A stretch of DNA of 64,000 nt from Chiloscyllium plagiosum. Its lineage: Eukaryota. Both the position numbers and the translations under genes were made by a program. Where the stretch lies: NCBI RefSeq assembly GCF_004010195.1, contig NC_057718.1, positions 30,696,767 through 30,760,766 on the forward strand. The letters are read 5' to 3'. Every line of letters begins with the position of its first letter. Within the stretch, counting starts at the first letter, position 1. Below, in pieces: positions 38,240 to 51,420 of the stretch. The notes below the pieces were generated by a model. The model searched no databases and was not told the origin of the DNA. It saw nothing but the letters and a program-made list of their open reading frames with translations.

Positions 38240-39190
38240 TTCCATGAAATGGGGACGAACTATGGTACAAAGTGATCTGGCGTTCTTGTATATGAATTGC
38301 TAGAAGTTAACATGCAGGAACAGAAAATAGTTAGATGGGCATAGATTGTTGGTCTTCATTTAAAAGACGGATTGGAGTGGAAAAGCCTAGTTATCCTACA
38401 GCTGTGCAGGGCATTGGATGGACAGCAGCAGGTGTACTCTATATGACTTTTGTCACTTTTTGGTCACTTTACTTAAGGAGAGATACACTTGTGCTGGAAG
38501 CAGTGCAGAAAAGGTTCACTAGAGTGATTCCTGGGAAAAAGTGTTGTCTAATGAAGTTAAAAATCACACTACACCGGGTTATAGTCCAACAGGTTAACTT
38601 GGATTGTTGTTCCAGTTTGTTCAAACCTCGATTGCTGTTATAGTTTGTTTAATATATCGCATCAGTTGTATGACACTATGATATTTTGCTATAAATTCTG
38701 TGTCCTATGATCCTACTCCACTAGCCACCTGATGAGGGAGCTCCAAAAGCTTGTACTTCCAAATAAAGCCGTTGGATTATAACGTGGTGTTGTGTGATTT
38801 TTAACTTTGTCCACCCCAGTCCAACACTAGCTCTTCCACATCTTGTCTTATGAAGATAAGTTGAACCTATACTCATTGGAGTTTAAAGTGATAATCTTCT
38901 TGAAACATAAAGTGTACAGAGGAGCCTTGACAGGGGAGATGCTGAGAGCATGCCTCTTCTCATGAATGACTCTTGAACTAGAGAACAAAATTTGAAAATA
39001 AAGGGTCTTCAAATTAAGACAAATCCAAGAGTTAGACAGATCTTTGATCAACAAAGGAGATAATGATAATTGGGAGCGGACTGGAAGGTGGGTTTAAGGC
39101 CATAATCAATCAGCCCTAATCGTATTGAATGGTGGAGCAGACTTGATGGTTCAAACAGCCTATTCCTGCTCCTATTTCTTATAATCTTAT
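38240..39190 (+). mobile_element. Old CR1 3' portion interrupted by a PLE
   Basis: FWSLYLRRDTLVLEAVQKRFTRVIPG and CR1 3'UTR (cctattcctgctcctatttcttat). Confidence 0.8.
38557..38842. mobile_element. PLE foldback element (family C)
   Basis: Short inverted left arm and long right arm with tail; TSD ttgtct(a/t)atgaag (38544-38556/38843-38855); degenerate hammerhead at 38729. Confidence 0.82.
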
Positions 39191-39656
39191 AAAATCCAGG
39201 AATTTTAGAGCCTTAGAATTGTTCTATCTAATGCGATTCTTGCATCTTAACTGGGAAGTCAAGGAAATGATCAGAAGGGTTCAGGGGATATGTTTGAGAA
39301 AAGATTTTGGGCAGCCCCATAGTGTAGAAATGCCTCCCTACAGTCCTCATCTAGTTTGCATAAGTTCTTTTATAGTTTGAAGTTCTCTTTCTACTTTATG
39401 AGGTAAGCTTGTTACATGAATGAATTTTTTTTTCTGATAGATTCTTTAAATAACTCATTCATGAACTGAGCTCCACTATCAGACACAAGTATGTCAGAAA
39501 TATCATTAATTAAATAGATTAATTTTAATTAATTTATCACTGTGTCCACTGTGATACAGTGTAAACAGTTTATTTCAATTCACCCTGAGTAGTCAACAGT
39601 ACAATGAGAAATATTTTCCTTTAAAGTAAATTCTTAACTTTCTCCAATAGTGAAAA

Positions 39657-40086
39657 ATCAGAATGGTGTGTTGCTTCCCTGGTGCCAGGATCAAGGATGT
39701 CTCAGAGAGGGTGCAGAATGTTCTCACGGGGGAGAGGGGCCAGCAAGAAGTCATTATCCACATTAGAACAATGACATAGGAAGGGAAAAGGTTGAGATTC
39801 TGAAGAAAAATTCCATAGAGTTAGGCAGGAATTTAAAAAGGAGGTCCTCGAGAGTAGTAATATATGGATTACTCCCGGTGCTACAAGCTAGTGAGGGCAG
39901 GAATAGGAGGATAGAGCTGAGGAGCTGGTGTATGGGAGAAAGATTCACATTTTTGGATCTTTGGAATCTCTTTTGGGATAGACATGACCTGTACAAGAAG
40001 GACGGATTGCACTTAAATTTGCTAGAACTGCTCGGGAGGATTTAAACTAGTAAGGTGGGTGGGGGAGTGGGGTGGGACCCAGGGAG
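39657..40086 (+). mobile_element. CR1 ORF1 SGNH-esterase domain fragment
   Basis: RMVCCFPGARIKDVSERVQNVL..VIIHI/NDIG..RVVIYGLLP..LYKKDGLHLN, the esterase motifs of CR1 ORF1. Confidence 0.85.
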
Positions 40087-40103
40087 ATCCGTCCTTCTTG
40101 TAC

Positions 40104-40760
40104 AGTCATAGAGTCATAGAGACTTACAGCATGGAAAGAGACCCTTCGGTCCAACCTGTCCGTGCCGACCAGATATCCCAACCCAAACTAGTCCCACCTG
40201 CCAACACCCGGCCCATATTCCTCCAAACCCTTCCTATTCATGTACCCATCCAAATGCCTCTTAAATGTTGCAATTGTACCAGCCTCCACCACATCCTCTG
40301 GCAGCTCATTTCATACACGTACCACCCTCTGCGTGAAAAAGTTGCCTCTTAGGTCTCTTTTATATCTTTCCCCTCGCACCCTAAACCTCTAGTTCTGGAC
40401 TTCACAATATTCCAAAAGTGGCCTAACCAATGTCCTGTACAGCCGCAACATGACCTCCCAACTCCTGTACTCAATACTCGGACCGATAAAGGAAAGCATA
40501 CCAAACGCCTTCTTCACTATCCTATCTACCTCCGACTCCACTTTCAAGGAGCTATGAACCTGCACTCCCAGGTCTCTTTGTTCAGCAACAGTCCCTAGGA
40601 CCTTACCATTAAGTGTATAAGTCCTGCTAAGATTTACTTTCCCAAAATGCAGCACCTCGCATTTATCTGAATTAAACTCCAACTGCCACTTCTCAGCCCA
40701 TTGGCCCATCTGGTCCAGATCCTGTTGTAATCTGAGGTAACTCTCTTTGCTGTCCTCTAC
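40104..40760 (-). mobile_element. CR1/HER1 3' end with internal deletion
   Basis: ORF WAEKWQLEFNSDKCEVLHFG..RPLLEYC joined directly to the 3' end; gtcatagagtcataga tail. Confidence 0.92.
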
Positions 40761-40767
40761 ACCTATA

Positions 40768-41201
40768 GGGAGCTATAGGGAGAGGCTGAACAGGCTGGGG
40801 CTGTTTTCCCTGGAGCGTCAGAGGCTGATAGAGGTTTGCAAAATTATGAGGGGCATGGATAGGATAAATAGGCCAAGTCTTTTCCCTGGGGTGGGGGAGT
40901 CCAGAACTAGAGGGCATAGGTTTAGGGTGAGAGGTGAAAGATATAAAAGAGACCTACGGGGCAACATTTTCACACAGAGGGTGGTACGTATATGGAATGA
41001 GCTGCCAGAGGAAGTGGTGGAGGCTAGTACAATTGAGACGTTTAAGAGGCATTTGGGTGGGTGTATGAATAGGAAGGGTTTGGAGGGATATGGGCCGGGT
41101 GCTGGCAGGCAGGACTAGATTGAGTTGGGATATCTGGTCGGCATGGACAGGTTGGACCGAAGGGTCTGTTTCCATGCTGTTCATCTCTATGACTCTATGA
41201 C
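40768..41201 (+). mobile_element. CR1/HER1 3' end
   Basis: SYRERLNRLGLFSLER..WNELPEEVVEA; tail ctatgactctatga. Confidence 0.92.
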
Positions 41202-41447
41202 CTTGATGGAAATGTTGATGATACTCAAAGTTCTTCCTGTTCCTAACAGTTGATGGTGTAAATCTGACTGACGGCTATCATTCCACCTTGAAAGAATAAT
41301 CACTGTCCACTGAACTGACAGCTGGGCTCCTGTTTGACATTTTTCATATTCTGTGATGTCTTTGATTGTATTCTCTTGTTGAATTACAATTCTGGGTGTT
41401 TCATCTCTTTCATTAAAAGACTAATAAATCATCTATAAATCAAAGTA

Positions 41448-41844
41448 CAGGTAGAAGATCCGTTATCCGAACATCCAAAAACCCGAAAAGCTCCGAAATC
41501 CCAAAGTTTTTTTCTCATTAACAAGGTTGTCTGGCGTGCAAACAGTTAACCCAAGTCGACACCCACTCAATGCATGTCACTCAGATGCGACATGTGAGGG
41601 CGTGGCCAAGCACCGACAGGCCTGGGATTTCTCTGTGAATGCCCCCTAGTCGACACCCACTCAATGCGTGTCACTCAGATGCAAGGTGGGAGTGTGGCCA
41701 AGCACGTTCTTACTTAGAAGTCTGCTCCTCTTGTAAGATTTTTAAAATTTCACCATTAAACTGTCACTATTCTGAAAACTGAAAAATTCCGAATTCTGAA
41801 AAACAGCTGGTCCCGAGCATTTTGGATAAAGAATCTTCTACCTG
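41448..41844. mobile_element. Tc1/mariner (pogo/Tigger-like) MITE
   Basis: TIRs caggtagaagatccgttatccgaa / ttggataaagaatcttctacctg with TA on both sides; internal ~58-bp direct repeat (41554-41613, 41648-41705). Confidence 0.85.
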
Positions 41845-42607
41845 TACAACTTTAGTGTAGGGTCGCTGAGAATGTACATTGGCCATCCAACTTCATGATA
41901 TCTTCTGACATGAAGTAACTTTCTGTTTTGATATTCTCTAATCCCTTCCTTTTTTTTCTCTTATGCTGGTCAGTCTTTTTTTTTATTGATGATGCACATG
42001 TTTCTACTGTTAATATAAACAACAAATTTTGTTTTAGCCTCTTCAGATGGCATTCACCATAAGTTATCTGCTGCTGCTTGAAGTTTCTCTTGTCCGTACT
42101 TTGTGTTTCTTATCAAATGCAGTCAAGTGCAAGGTAGTCGTGTACTTATGAAGATAGAATATCAGTTTCATTTTGAGGATATGCTCCACTATGCTGTGTG
42201 GCATTACTACTTTGCTAAACGGGTTTGATTTCAAAAACCAAACAATTCAAAACTGGGATCCATGAAGTACTGTTGGCTAGATTGTATCACACTGAGGCTC
42301 AAGACCTGGCAAATGCAGTGTCTAGGAACACCTCTGGAAGTGGTAGTTGTGTGTGGGTCCTTTTAAGACCCAAGTGGTCGAGCATGGATAAGGCCATCTT
42401 TCTGGAAGCATCTTGTTGAGTTAGAATGGTTAAGTTTATTGTATTTCTGCAACTATTCACAGTTTACCTGAATATGGCCTACACTAGTACTATTTGTAAT
42501 ACACTAATTCCAGGTATGTACCCTACAAGTTCCTTCTTTACTCTGACAAACTCCTTGTGGCATCATCACAGTGGGTGGTGTTTACTAAACTCAATCAAGT
42601 ACTAACC

Positions 42608-42775
42608 AGGTTAGGTGAATTGGCCATGCTAAATTGTCCATAGTGTTCAGGTTAGATGCATTAGTCAGGGGTAAATATAGGGTCAGGGTGGGTTACTCTT
42701 TGGAGGGTCAGTGTGGACTTGTTGGGGCAAAGGGCCTGTTTCTATACTGTAAGGATTCTAATTCTAATTCTAGTT
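42608..42775 (+). mobile_element. HE1 SINE 3' half
   Basis: caggttaggtgaattggccatgctaaattgtcc..ggagggtcagtgtggac..(attcta)n tail. Confidence 0.8.
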
Positions 42776-44555
42776 CTAACCCTTTCAGACTCATATACAG
42801 CAGTAATGAATATTCTATGTCCATAAGGAGCCCTGGAATGATGCCTACTGGAAACTGTGCTGCTATGTTGTTAGTTTTCTATTTCTGCTCCCCCCTTCAT
42901 ATCGGCTGTTTCCTGGTGAATTCAGAATTTTTTCTTTCTTTCATGTTGATTGGCCATCATAGTACTTCTGTGGTTTGCTACCTTTGTTGCCTTTTCTTCA
43001 ATACTTGTTTCTTTTGCATTCATCTTCACTGCCCTTCACTCCAATTCCGACAGTGATGTTTCACCTTTTTGAGCTAGTAGCCTAATTGTCTACCAAACGA
43101 CTATACTGCAGGCAGCATTCATTTCAGCAGAAACCTACATTTACACATTTCATATTTATACAGTAAGAGTTTTACGAGCATCTCCTCCAACAAATCTCTC
43201 ACCAAATTTCCTCTCCAGCGATGTGATCTTACATTATATTACATCATGATCTCTTAGACTTAGGCTGTTAACCCATTACTCCACAGCTACTAACACAGCT
43301 GAGAGCCCATCAACAGTCTGATTTCCCACCCTTAGAGGTCTATCACCTTAGAGCCACAATGATCTTTGCTCTCCTCTCTTCTGTTCCAGCTCAACAACCT
43401 CACTGTGGTTGAAGTCCAAAAGTGGGAGTGACACTGAGGCCTTGCCTTGGTACCACCAACTTTACCAAGTCTAGGCTCTATCTGCTTGCAATCACTGTCT
43501 GCCACTTGATAAATCAATTGCAATAATTGCACACAAACACCTGCTCAGTGAGACAAATTGTAGTCCCTTCACATTCTGGCAGCAATGCTTCCTTGGAGCT
43601 GTCCAGTTGTTAGTAAAATGCAGAATGAAAACTCGATAAAGGCGTTCTGGTCCAGAGTGTACTCTCCCACTTTTTCCCATGCGCCTTCACCGTTTTTCCT
43701 GAGGAAACCATAAAATGCAGCCTGTTGAATCATTCTTATTAATGTAGATATTATTAGTTTTTTCGCTAATTTTTTAAATATTGATATTGTATTGAGCAAT
43801 TAGCAGATTATGTAGTTTGGATTTTTTAAAAACAGGAATGTATCTTTATGCTGGAGAAGCTAAGATGGACAACTAGGGTAGACATTATTGTGATTAATAG
43901 GGGAACCAAATCAAGTCAAGAAGTAATGGTTAAAAATACCAAGTTGGGTTGAGAAGATGTCTCAGTTGTTGGGAAGAAAGGAAGATTAATTGCATTACAC
44001 ATTTGTGATTCTAGAAAAGAATGAGATTGAGCAGTACACATTATATGGACTTAGAGTTACATCATATGAAACCAATAAGCAGCCTTCAAATTAAAGTGTC
44101 TGAAAAGGAATGAATGTGAAAACCTGTTATTAACACATCAGCACTGCATCAAATTGTAAGTACTTTTTAGTTTTACATTCTTTGTGTCGGAAGCAACATC
44201 CAGCTCAAGTGGCTTTTTACAACTGAGGTTATTTTTGCTTTGCAATGTGTGTTTTATAAACCAAATCATTGCCAAAGATTAAAAAGGAATCTTAAAATCA
44301 GTACCAAAATGTTTCATTTTTCAATTTTAGTTTGAAGATATGTCTTTTAATGTCTTTAATGTCTTTTGTTTCTTTCAAAACAGAATTTACTTCAAATCTA
44401 AAGCAAAATTAAGTATTTCCATTGAGTAAAACCCATGTCACTCCTCTCAGAAACTCTGCACCAGCTCCTTGACCTAATGAATGATTTATTCCTTCAATTT
44501 CAAGTTTGGTTTACATTGAAGGCGAACTGCATTTTTGTGTATGACTATTGTCTGT

Positions 44556-44651
44556 CAGAGCTTAAAAATGTGTTGCTGGAAAAGCGCAGCAGGTCAGGCA
44601 GCATCCAAGGAGAAGGAGAATCGATGTTTCGGGCATAAGCCCTTCTTCAGG
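44556..44651 (-). mobile_element. PLE family A single arm
   Basis: Matches the arm of 9349-9439; ends 1 nt past the hammerhead core, which has AUC in place of GUC. Confidence 0.85.
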
Positions 44652-44701
44652 TGATTGTGTTTATTACGATGGTGAGAATGTATATCAAATTGTGTATGTA
44701 T

Positions 44702-44992
44702 TGTTATGAACACACTTAATATTTAATACTGCTTAAACTTAAGTTTTGAGCCACTGTGGAAAATGGATTTAGTTAAGTTTTGTGACAATATCTGGAGTGG
44801 TTTCTTTAAAAGAGGCCATTGAAAGTTCACCGTAGAATAAATGTTCATTAAGACGTTTGTTGATAGATTTTGTTGAAAACCTGTGATAGGCAACTTATTT
44901 AATTTGTCATCAACATAATTGGAAAAGGTTATCTTATTTTTTGTTGTGATCTGTGGAGCAGTGGGTCTAGTGCTCTGGCCTCCATTATAACA
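44702..44992 (+). mobile_element. Putative solo LTR
   Basis: Termini TGTTAT...ATAACA, internal AATAAA, 4-bp flanks gtat/ctat. Confidence 0.45.
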
Positions 44993-45137
44993 CTATCATA
45001 ACTGCACATGTATGTCTGTGTTATACCATGGATGATGCATATATTTTATTGACTTGCATTTGTTGTGTGTGTGTATTATCACTGTTTGCAGTGTTACCAC
45101 ATGTGTGTGTAAGGTCACTATGGGTTAAATTTTCCCA

Positions 45138-45420
45138 CCCCTGAAGAGAGGCTGAATAAGCTGGGACTTTGTTTACTGGCGCATAAGACATTGAGGGGTG
45201 ACCTTATCGAGATTTTTAAAATCATGAGGGGCAAATATAAGGTGAATAGCAAAGGTTTTTTCCCTAAGGTTGGGGAGTTCAAAATTGGAGGGTGTTATTT
45301 TAAGGTGAGAGGAGAATGATTTAAAAGAGACTGAGGGGCAACTTTTTCAAACAGAGGGTGGTTCATATGTAAAATAAATTATTAGAAGAAGCGGTAGATG
45401 CAGGTCGAGTTATAACATTT
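45138..45420 (+). mobile_element. CR1 3' region fragment
   Basis: gagaggctgaataagctggga..gaggggtgaccttat.gag..caactttttc..cagagggtggtt. Confidence 0.8.
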
Positions 45421-46567
45421 CTGAGCTTCTCCAGTATTATCCATTTATATTTCAGATTTTCAATATCTACAGTACTTTGCTTTTCATAAGGCTGGAACCC
45501 TTTATAACACCATTAGCAACTGTTTGACAACTCTGTTGCTAATTGGAAAGGCCTTGTGCCTTCTCTAACTTAGTTGGTTGGCCACTGGAATATCTGAAAG
45601 GAAGTAATCTTATCGCTGTATGAACATTATCATTGTCTGAATGTACTATCATTTTAGTGTATTGTGTATTTTTATTGCACTGTGTGTACTATCATTGCTT
45701 AAGTATGCTCAAACACTTTGTATTATCATTCCCTGCATGCATTAACACTGTATATGTACTATCACTGCTTTTTCAGTTTAAATCATAATTTCATCTTTCA
45801 TATGCATTTATAAATTAAGCTATCAAACTCTCCAAATGAGACATTTTGCAAATGCACCACTGTGCTGATGATCTAATTGGATTTGGTAAGTTCCATCAAT
45901 GACCTGTGTTAAGGTCTCAGACAAAGTTACGTTTCAAAGTGCTATTATTGTTTTCAGTGTGTTAATTTAGAGACAGAGAAAAATGAGCCAGAATTGTGGT
46001 CATTTCTCACTTTTTAGTGACCTCTAATAGCATTTGATTAAACATTCAGCAGGTCTGGTAGCACCTGTGGAGAGCACTGGAGTTTCAGTTTAGATATTGA
46101 GCTCACATTTCTAGAGTGCAACTCAAATCTACAATCATCTGATTCTGAGACAGATATGCTATCACTCAGATACTGTTCACAGGGCAAGTTGTCATATGAA
46201 GAATGGTCACTTGGCAGTTTTTTTGGACCAAATGAGCTAGACCCTGACATTATCCATAGTTTTCTGGAGATGAAATAAAATTGGACAAAAGATAATAACA
46301 TTTTTGGCTACTAAGTCATAAGCAAGCAAGTCTCCTCAGTTTATGTGTAAGCTACTATGACAACTGGCTTAGACCCGGATATAAATATGTACATGATAAA
46401 GCCTTCCAAATATGTTAGATTCATAAGATCTCTCAAGTGTTACTCTGATTTTCTGCAACAGTCATACTATGCTAGATTTTACTCTCAAAATGACTGTGCA
46501 GCTAATGGCACTCAGCATTATTTACTCTCAAGGACACATGTGTATTTACAGTTAAATGCAGATGTTT

Positions 46568-46732
46568 GGGGTGGCACGGTGGCTCAGTGGTTAGCACTGC
46601 TGCCTGACAGCATCAGGGACCTGGGTTCAATTTCTGCCTCGGGTGACTGTCTGTGTGGAGTTTGCATGTTCTCCCCATGCCTGTGTGCTGAAGGGCCTGT
46701 TCCCATACTGTAGGGAATCTAATCTAATCTAA
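46568..46732 (+). mobile_element. HE1 SINE with central deletion
   Basis: ggcacggtggctcagtggttagcactgctgcct head, V-domain start and (aatct)n tail. Confidence 0.88.
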
Positions 46733-48167
46733 ATGTTCAAAGCTTATGTCTATTTGCACTGCTCTGTTGTTAGCTTATGAGAATGTCATGGTGTTCCCTG
46801 CCTTACCACTGAAATGCATTGATTCATGTCAATTTGTATTTGAATAATTGATATTAGCTATACTAGCCATTGCAAGTTGAATCGTGTAATTTCAAGTGTA
46901 TTTGCCCTTTTAATGCAATGTTATTTACTGCCAGTCAACTCCTCTGCAGTGGAGAATTAACAAATTTGGAGTCTTATTTCTTTCAAGGATCAGTTTTTGG
47001 GAAATTTAAGCAATTACTTTTTTTTGTTTTACTTTTCTTTTCTAATTTTCTTAACTTCAAAATCCTTTCAATGTCTTTCTTATTCTTGATGTTGAATTTA
47101 CCCATGCTAATTTACATTGTATTTCAGTTCTCATTCTGTTAATTTCAGAATTTTTCAATCTCAAAGATTACAGAGATGCACATTTTCTTGTTTTAATCAT
47201 TCCATTCCCAGGTACCAAGTTTCCTTCATTGTTATGCTATTACCTCCTTCGTTCAGCAACTTGTCTTAACGTTTAACGTTTTTAAATTGCTTGCAAGTCT
47301 AACTAATGATAGACACCATTAAATACTCTGCTGAAAGAACACTTGGCCCATTGCTTTGCAGTGGACTGCTGCAGGTATTCAGTGCTGTTTGTTTTCATTC
47401 CAGACCTTACATTGCTATCCCTCTGAAGAAAAGAAAGGATACATTTAGTCTGGAGTTTGTTTGATTAGTTTTATGTATATGTACTGGGAAATTTGCTCAT
47501 CATGGAATTCATGCAGAGCTGAAATAAATTGAAAAGGTTATTAATACTAATAGCTGAATTCAATCAACATTAAAAATGTTATTTAAACATTTGTAGGATC
47601 AAGAAAAGGATAATTTCTGTGAAACTAACGATTTCAATCTTTGCCTGTCCATTGTTTATTTAAATTTAAAATAAATTGAATAATTTTGATTTGATTTAAT
47701 TCATTGGAATCTGGATTTATTGTCAAACTCTTTATTCCTCAAAGTTAATGTAATCAAAGAAAAGCCAATTTAATTGGCAAAGAATACAGTATATGGCTGC
47801 CCTGATAAATTGCACATAAAGGCTATTACTAAGGCTTTTGAAATCAACTAGCCTGATTCTCTGTTTGTAGATTAGTGGAAGAGATTAGAGGGTATTATAA
47901 ACCCAAATGGAACTGACTGATTTCAAGAAACAATTAGAACAAAAAGCGAGTGGTTGCAGCCCAAAAATGTAACCATAATTTCAACTGTAATTATATGTAG
48001 ATTTTGTTGCAAAGTGGCTGATTTTTAAAAAGTTGTTTTAGGATGTCATATTTTAATAAAGTACAGATTGGTAAAATTTTAATGTATAGTATTTAATTGA
48101 TTGAAAATATTGATTTATTGAGGGAATGTTTCTGACGAAAAGCTCTTTTGTTGGTCTGTGTCTGGAA

Positions 48168-48211
48168 CATTTTCAGCTCTGATCTCCAGCATCTGCAGTC
48201 CTCACTTTCTC
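48168..48211 (+). mobile_element. 44-bp PLE family A tail-only insertion
   Basis: cattttcagctctgatctccagcatctgcagtcctcactttctc between TSD ctgtgtctggaa (48156-48167/48212-48223). Confidence 0.85.
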
Positions 48212-48443
48212 CTGTGTCTGGAATATTAAATTATAATCTTGTTTTCTTAACTTGCATTTCCATTTCCCTGCACACATTATTCCCTTTCTTTTCAAGGCCT
48301 TGTTGCTGGAATTTGACTTGATGGGCAGGATTTTCCAATGAGAAAAGGTCATATTGCTAAGCTCAAATTTCAGCCATTTGGATGCATGGGTGGATGGTGG
48401 GAGATCCCTGGTGGTTTTCCCATCTGCAGCAGGAAGAACTTCT

Positions 48444-48795
48444 AGTCATAGAGTCATGCAGCACAGTCCTTCAGTCCATCCAGTACAAGTTGACCCAAAT
48501 TAAACTAGTCCCATCTGCCTGCTCCTGGCCCATATCCCTCCAAACCTTTATTATCCATGTACTTATTTAAAGTGTCTTTTAAATGTTGTAACTGTGCCCA
48601 CATCCATCAATTCCTCAGGAAGTTCATTCCTTCCGTGAACAATTCTCTGTAAAAAATGTGCACCTTATGTCTTTTTTAAATCCCTCTCTGCTCAATTTAA
48701 AACTATACCCCCTAGTCTTGAAATATCCCACCATAGAGAAAAGACACCTTCCATTAACCCTATCTTTACCCCTCCTGATTTTATAAACATCTACA
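48444..48795 (-). mobile_element. CR1 3' end
   Basis: agtcatagagtcat tail and 3'UTR/ORF2-end similarity. Confidence 0.82.
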
Positions 48796-48912
48796 AAGGG
48801 CCCACAATTACGGGATAGTCAATAGCCTTTATGAAGAGTATACGTATAAGGAACATCAAAGGGGTAATGAACAAGTGAGGTTGTACAAAAATGACTGGAG
48901 TGACTCAAAGGA

Positions 48913-49137
48913 AGGGTGGCTCCAAATTTTACTGATACCTCATTAAAGGTGCTCCTATAGGCAGTGAGGGAATAGGGAGATACGTTTTGCCCAGTGAACA
49001 GGAGAAAGAAACCAACAATCATCACAATGAAGGCATGACCCAGAGTGAACTGAGGAAGTCAGTGGCCATGAAGTGGCCACAGAAACATGGGTGCATCAAT
49101 GCTAATTTTTCAATGACATGGTGTGGTCTGGCAAGGT
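48913..49137 (+). pseudogene. Harbinger Myb/SANT-like ORF remnant, first segment
   Basis: RVAPNFTDTSLKVLL*AVRE*GDTFCPVNRRKKPTIITMKA*, then EEVSGHEV..TWV..FNDMVWSGK followed by gtga. Confidence 0.55.
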
Positions 49138-49616
49138 GAATGGTATTCAAATCCGTGTTGTGAAAATATGATTCATATATGCTACATTTTGGAATTGACC
49201 GTTTGGGTTTGAGAATGTGACCCCTGGGTTGGAGGTTGATATGTTGGATATAGGATCTGAACAAGTGACTAGTAACAAATCTGATTTAAATGCCATTCAA
49301 ACAAGCCTGCAATTATTATATTTGGAAGCTCAACATAGTTTATGTTTTAGTGTCATGGGTGGAGATGTAGAAGTAATAAATAATATGGAGCTTTCCATCT
49401 CAGTTTAGTAGAATTGAAAATCTATCTGCATTTGATTAAAAAATATAAATCATGTATGCAATTTTTAGTTGAAAGAAGCTGAAAGTAGCTTTGTAAACAC
49501 AGGGTTTCTTTGTGGACCGTGAGGTTTGGAGGAAGGGTCCGGTTGTTGTCTCTCCAGCACCTTGTACAGTTGCAGTAAAAGTTCCCGACTCCTATACTCC
49601 AACACTTTGAAACCCC

Positions 49617-49988
49617 AGCATGGTGGCACAGTTGATAGCACTGCTGCCTCATAGAGCCAGTGATCTGCTTTCGATTCCAGCCTTGGACGACAGTCTGTGT
49701 GGAGTTTGTATATTCTCCCTGTGTCTGCATGAGTTTCCACCAGGTGCTCTAGATTTCACCTGCAGTTCAAAGATGTGGAGTTAGCTGCATTCACCATGCT
49801 AACTTGCCCTGTAGTGTCCAGGGATGTGCAGGCCAGGTTGATTAGCTAGTTTAATTGTGACGTTACAGGGATTGAGAGGGGAGGTGGGGGGGGTGTTGTC
49901 TTGGTGGTTTACTCTTCGGGCGGGGGCTGGGGGTTCAGTGCAGACTCGATGAGCTGAATGGCCTTCTCTGCACTGTAGGGATTCCATG
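49617..49988 (+). mobile_element. HE1 SINE
   Basis: tRNA head, V-domain and tail ctgcactgtagggattccatga. Confidence 0.88.
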
Positions 49989-51290
49989 AAATAAAATCCA
50001 ACATTCCTTCCTGGTTACCTGCTGCAACCAGTGGGCTAGCTTTCTGTGTTTCATGCACAAGTATCTCCAAATCCCTTTTATGTTGCAGCTTTCTGCAGTT
50101 TTTCTCCATTTAAATAATATTGTTGTTTTGTTCTCCCTTCAACACAGAAGCTTACAGAAACAAGGAGTAGCATGAAAGGTAAAATGATTTGCTCATGTTT
50201 GTGTTTGAGTACATCCAGAGACAGCCACATAATCTTGGATATGGATGCAGGGGTATACAATTTTTTTGTTTAATTTCTCTCCAATTGCAGCTTTGAATTG
50301 GTACAGTCTACATCTCACTGGAGTGAGAAAGCAAACAAGGGATGACAGTTAGGACTGCACTTCAAACAGAGCACATATAATTTAATCATTCACCATCTGA
50401 TATTTGGGTAGTACTCTATCTCAATTTGGATTTCACGAAAGAAAAGCAACAAGAACATTTGTGCTAACTTGCAACTGATATAAAACATATGCAACAGTAC
50501 TCAGCATCTTGTGACTCAAACAAAATCAAAAGAGTTGGCTTGGAAAGCCATAGGAAAACAGTTGAGTATCTGTGGGCAACTTAAGCAAGGAGTAGAGGCA
50601 TCCAGAATGGTGAAGTGTTTAAGGAAACATTAGAGTGTCACATGGTCAGAAAGCTAATAAAGGATTGTCGTAGAATCTTAGAACATTGAAGAGAAATCAA
50701 ACCACGACTTCCGGTGGGATGTGGCATACCTTTTGAGGTGGAGTTTGGAAAAATGAATAACCCTCCAAGGTTTTATGAGATAAGGAAAATATTTGAGGAG
50801 GGGAAGGAGAAAGAAAACATAGACCTGAATTTAGAGGATAAATCTTTATAAATATTGTGTTAAGTAATATATGCTTTGTTTAATTTCTCCTTACATGAAA
50901 CAAAGTTTGCCTTTGTTTAAATATATGAAATCTTGAGTGTAGTTCTGCTGGTTAATTGCTGGGTGTTGGATTTCTCCTTTAAATGTTAATGGTCTCTTCA
51001 GAATTCTAATAACAACAAGCTCTTAGCCCTGAACCCTATATGGTACACATGAGACATAAGATTACGTGGCTGACCTATGCATCATGCACAATCAGAGACC
51101 AATGTTTGCAGTATGATGTACATTTTCCTTACATTGGAGGGCCACTGTCACAATTGTTTGTAGTGACTGACTAAACTGAATAGCCTCTTGCAGCTGGCTT
51201 CCCATTGGCACAATAGCAGATATGAAAACTGACACACACTAATGAGCACAACTATATAATGAGACACGATTTGCACTGTGTTTGAATGTT

Positions 51291-51420
51291 GAGGTGAAAC
51301 AAGCTCACAATCCTAGAAAGCAGAAAAGAACTCGAGATGGAGAGCCATCTGCAGCTGTAGCACCAACAGCGGAGAAGGAACAAATAAAGATAAGATGGGG
51401 GCAGCAGAGCAGAGGTAAGG
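51291..51420 (+). pseudogene. Possible second segment of the Myb/SANT-like ORF
   Basis: EVKQAHNPRKQKRTRDGEP resembles the K.AHN.R...TGGG motif that follows this domain. Confidence 0.35.

Noticed and set aside
50250..51014. Possible solo LTR ending in taaca
   Set aside because: No clear 5' terminus or TSD.
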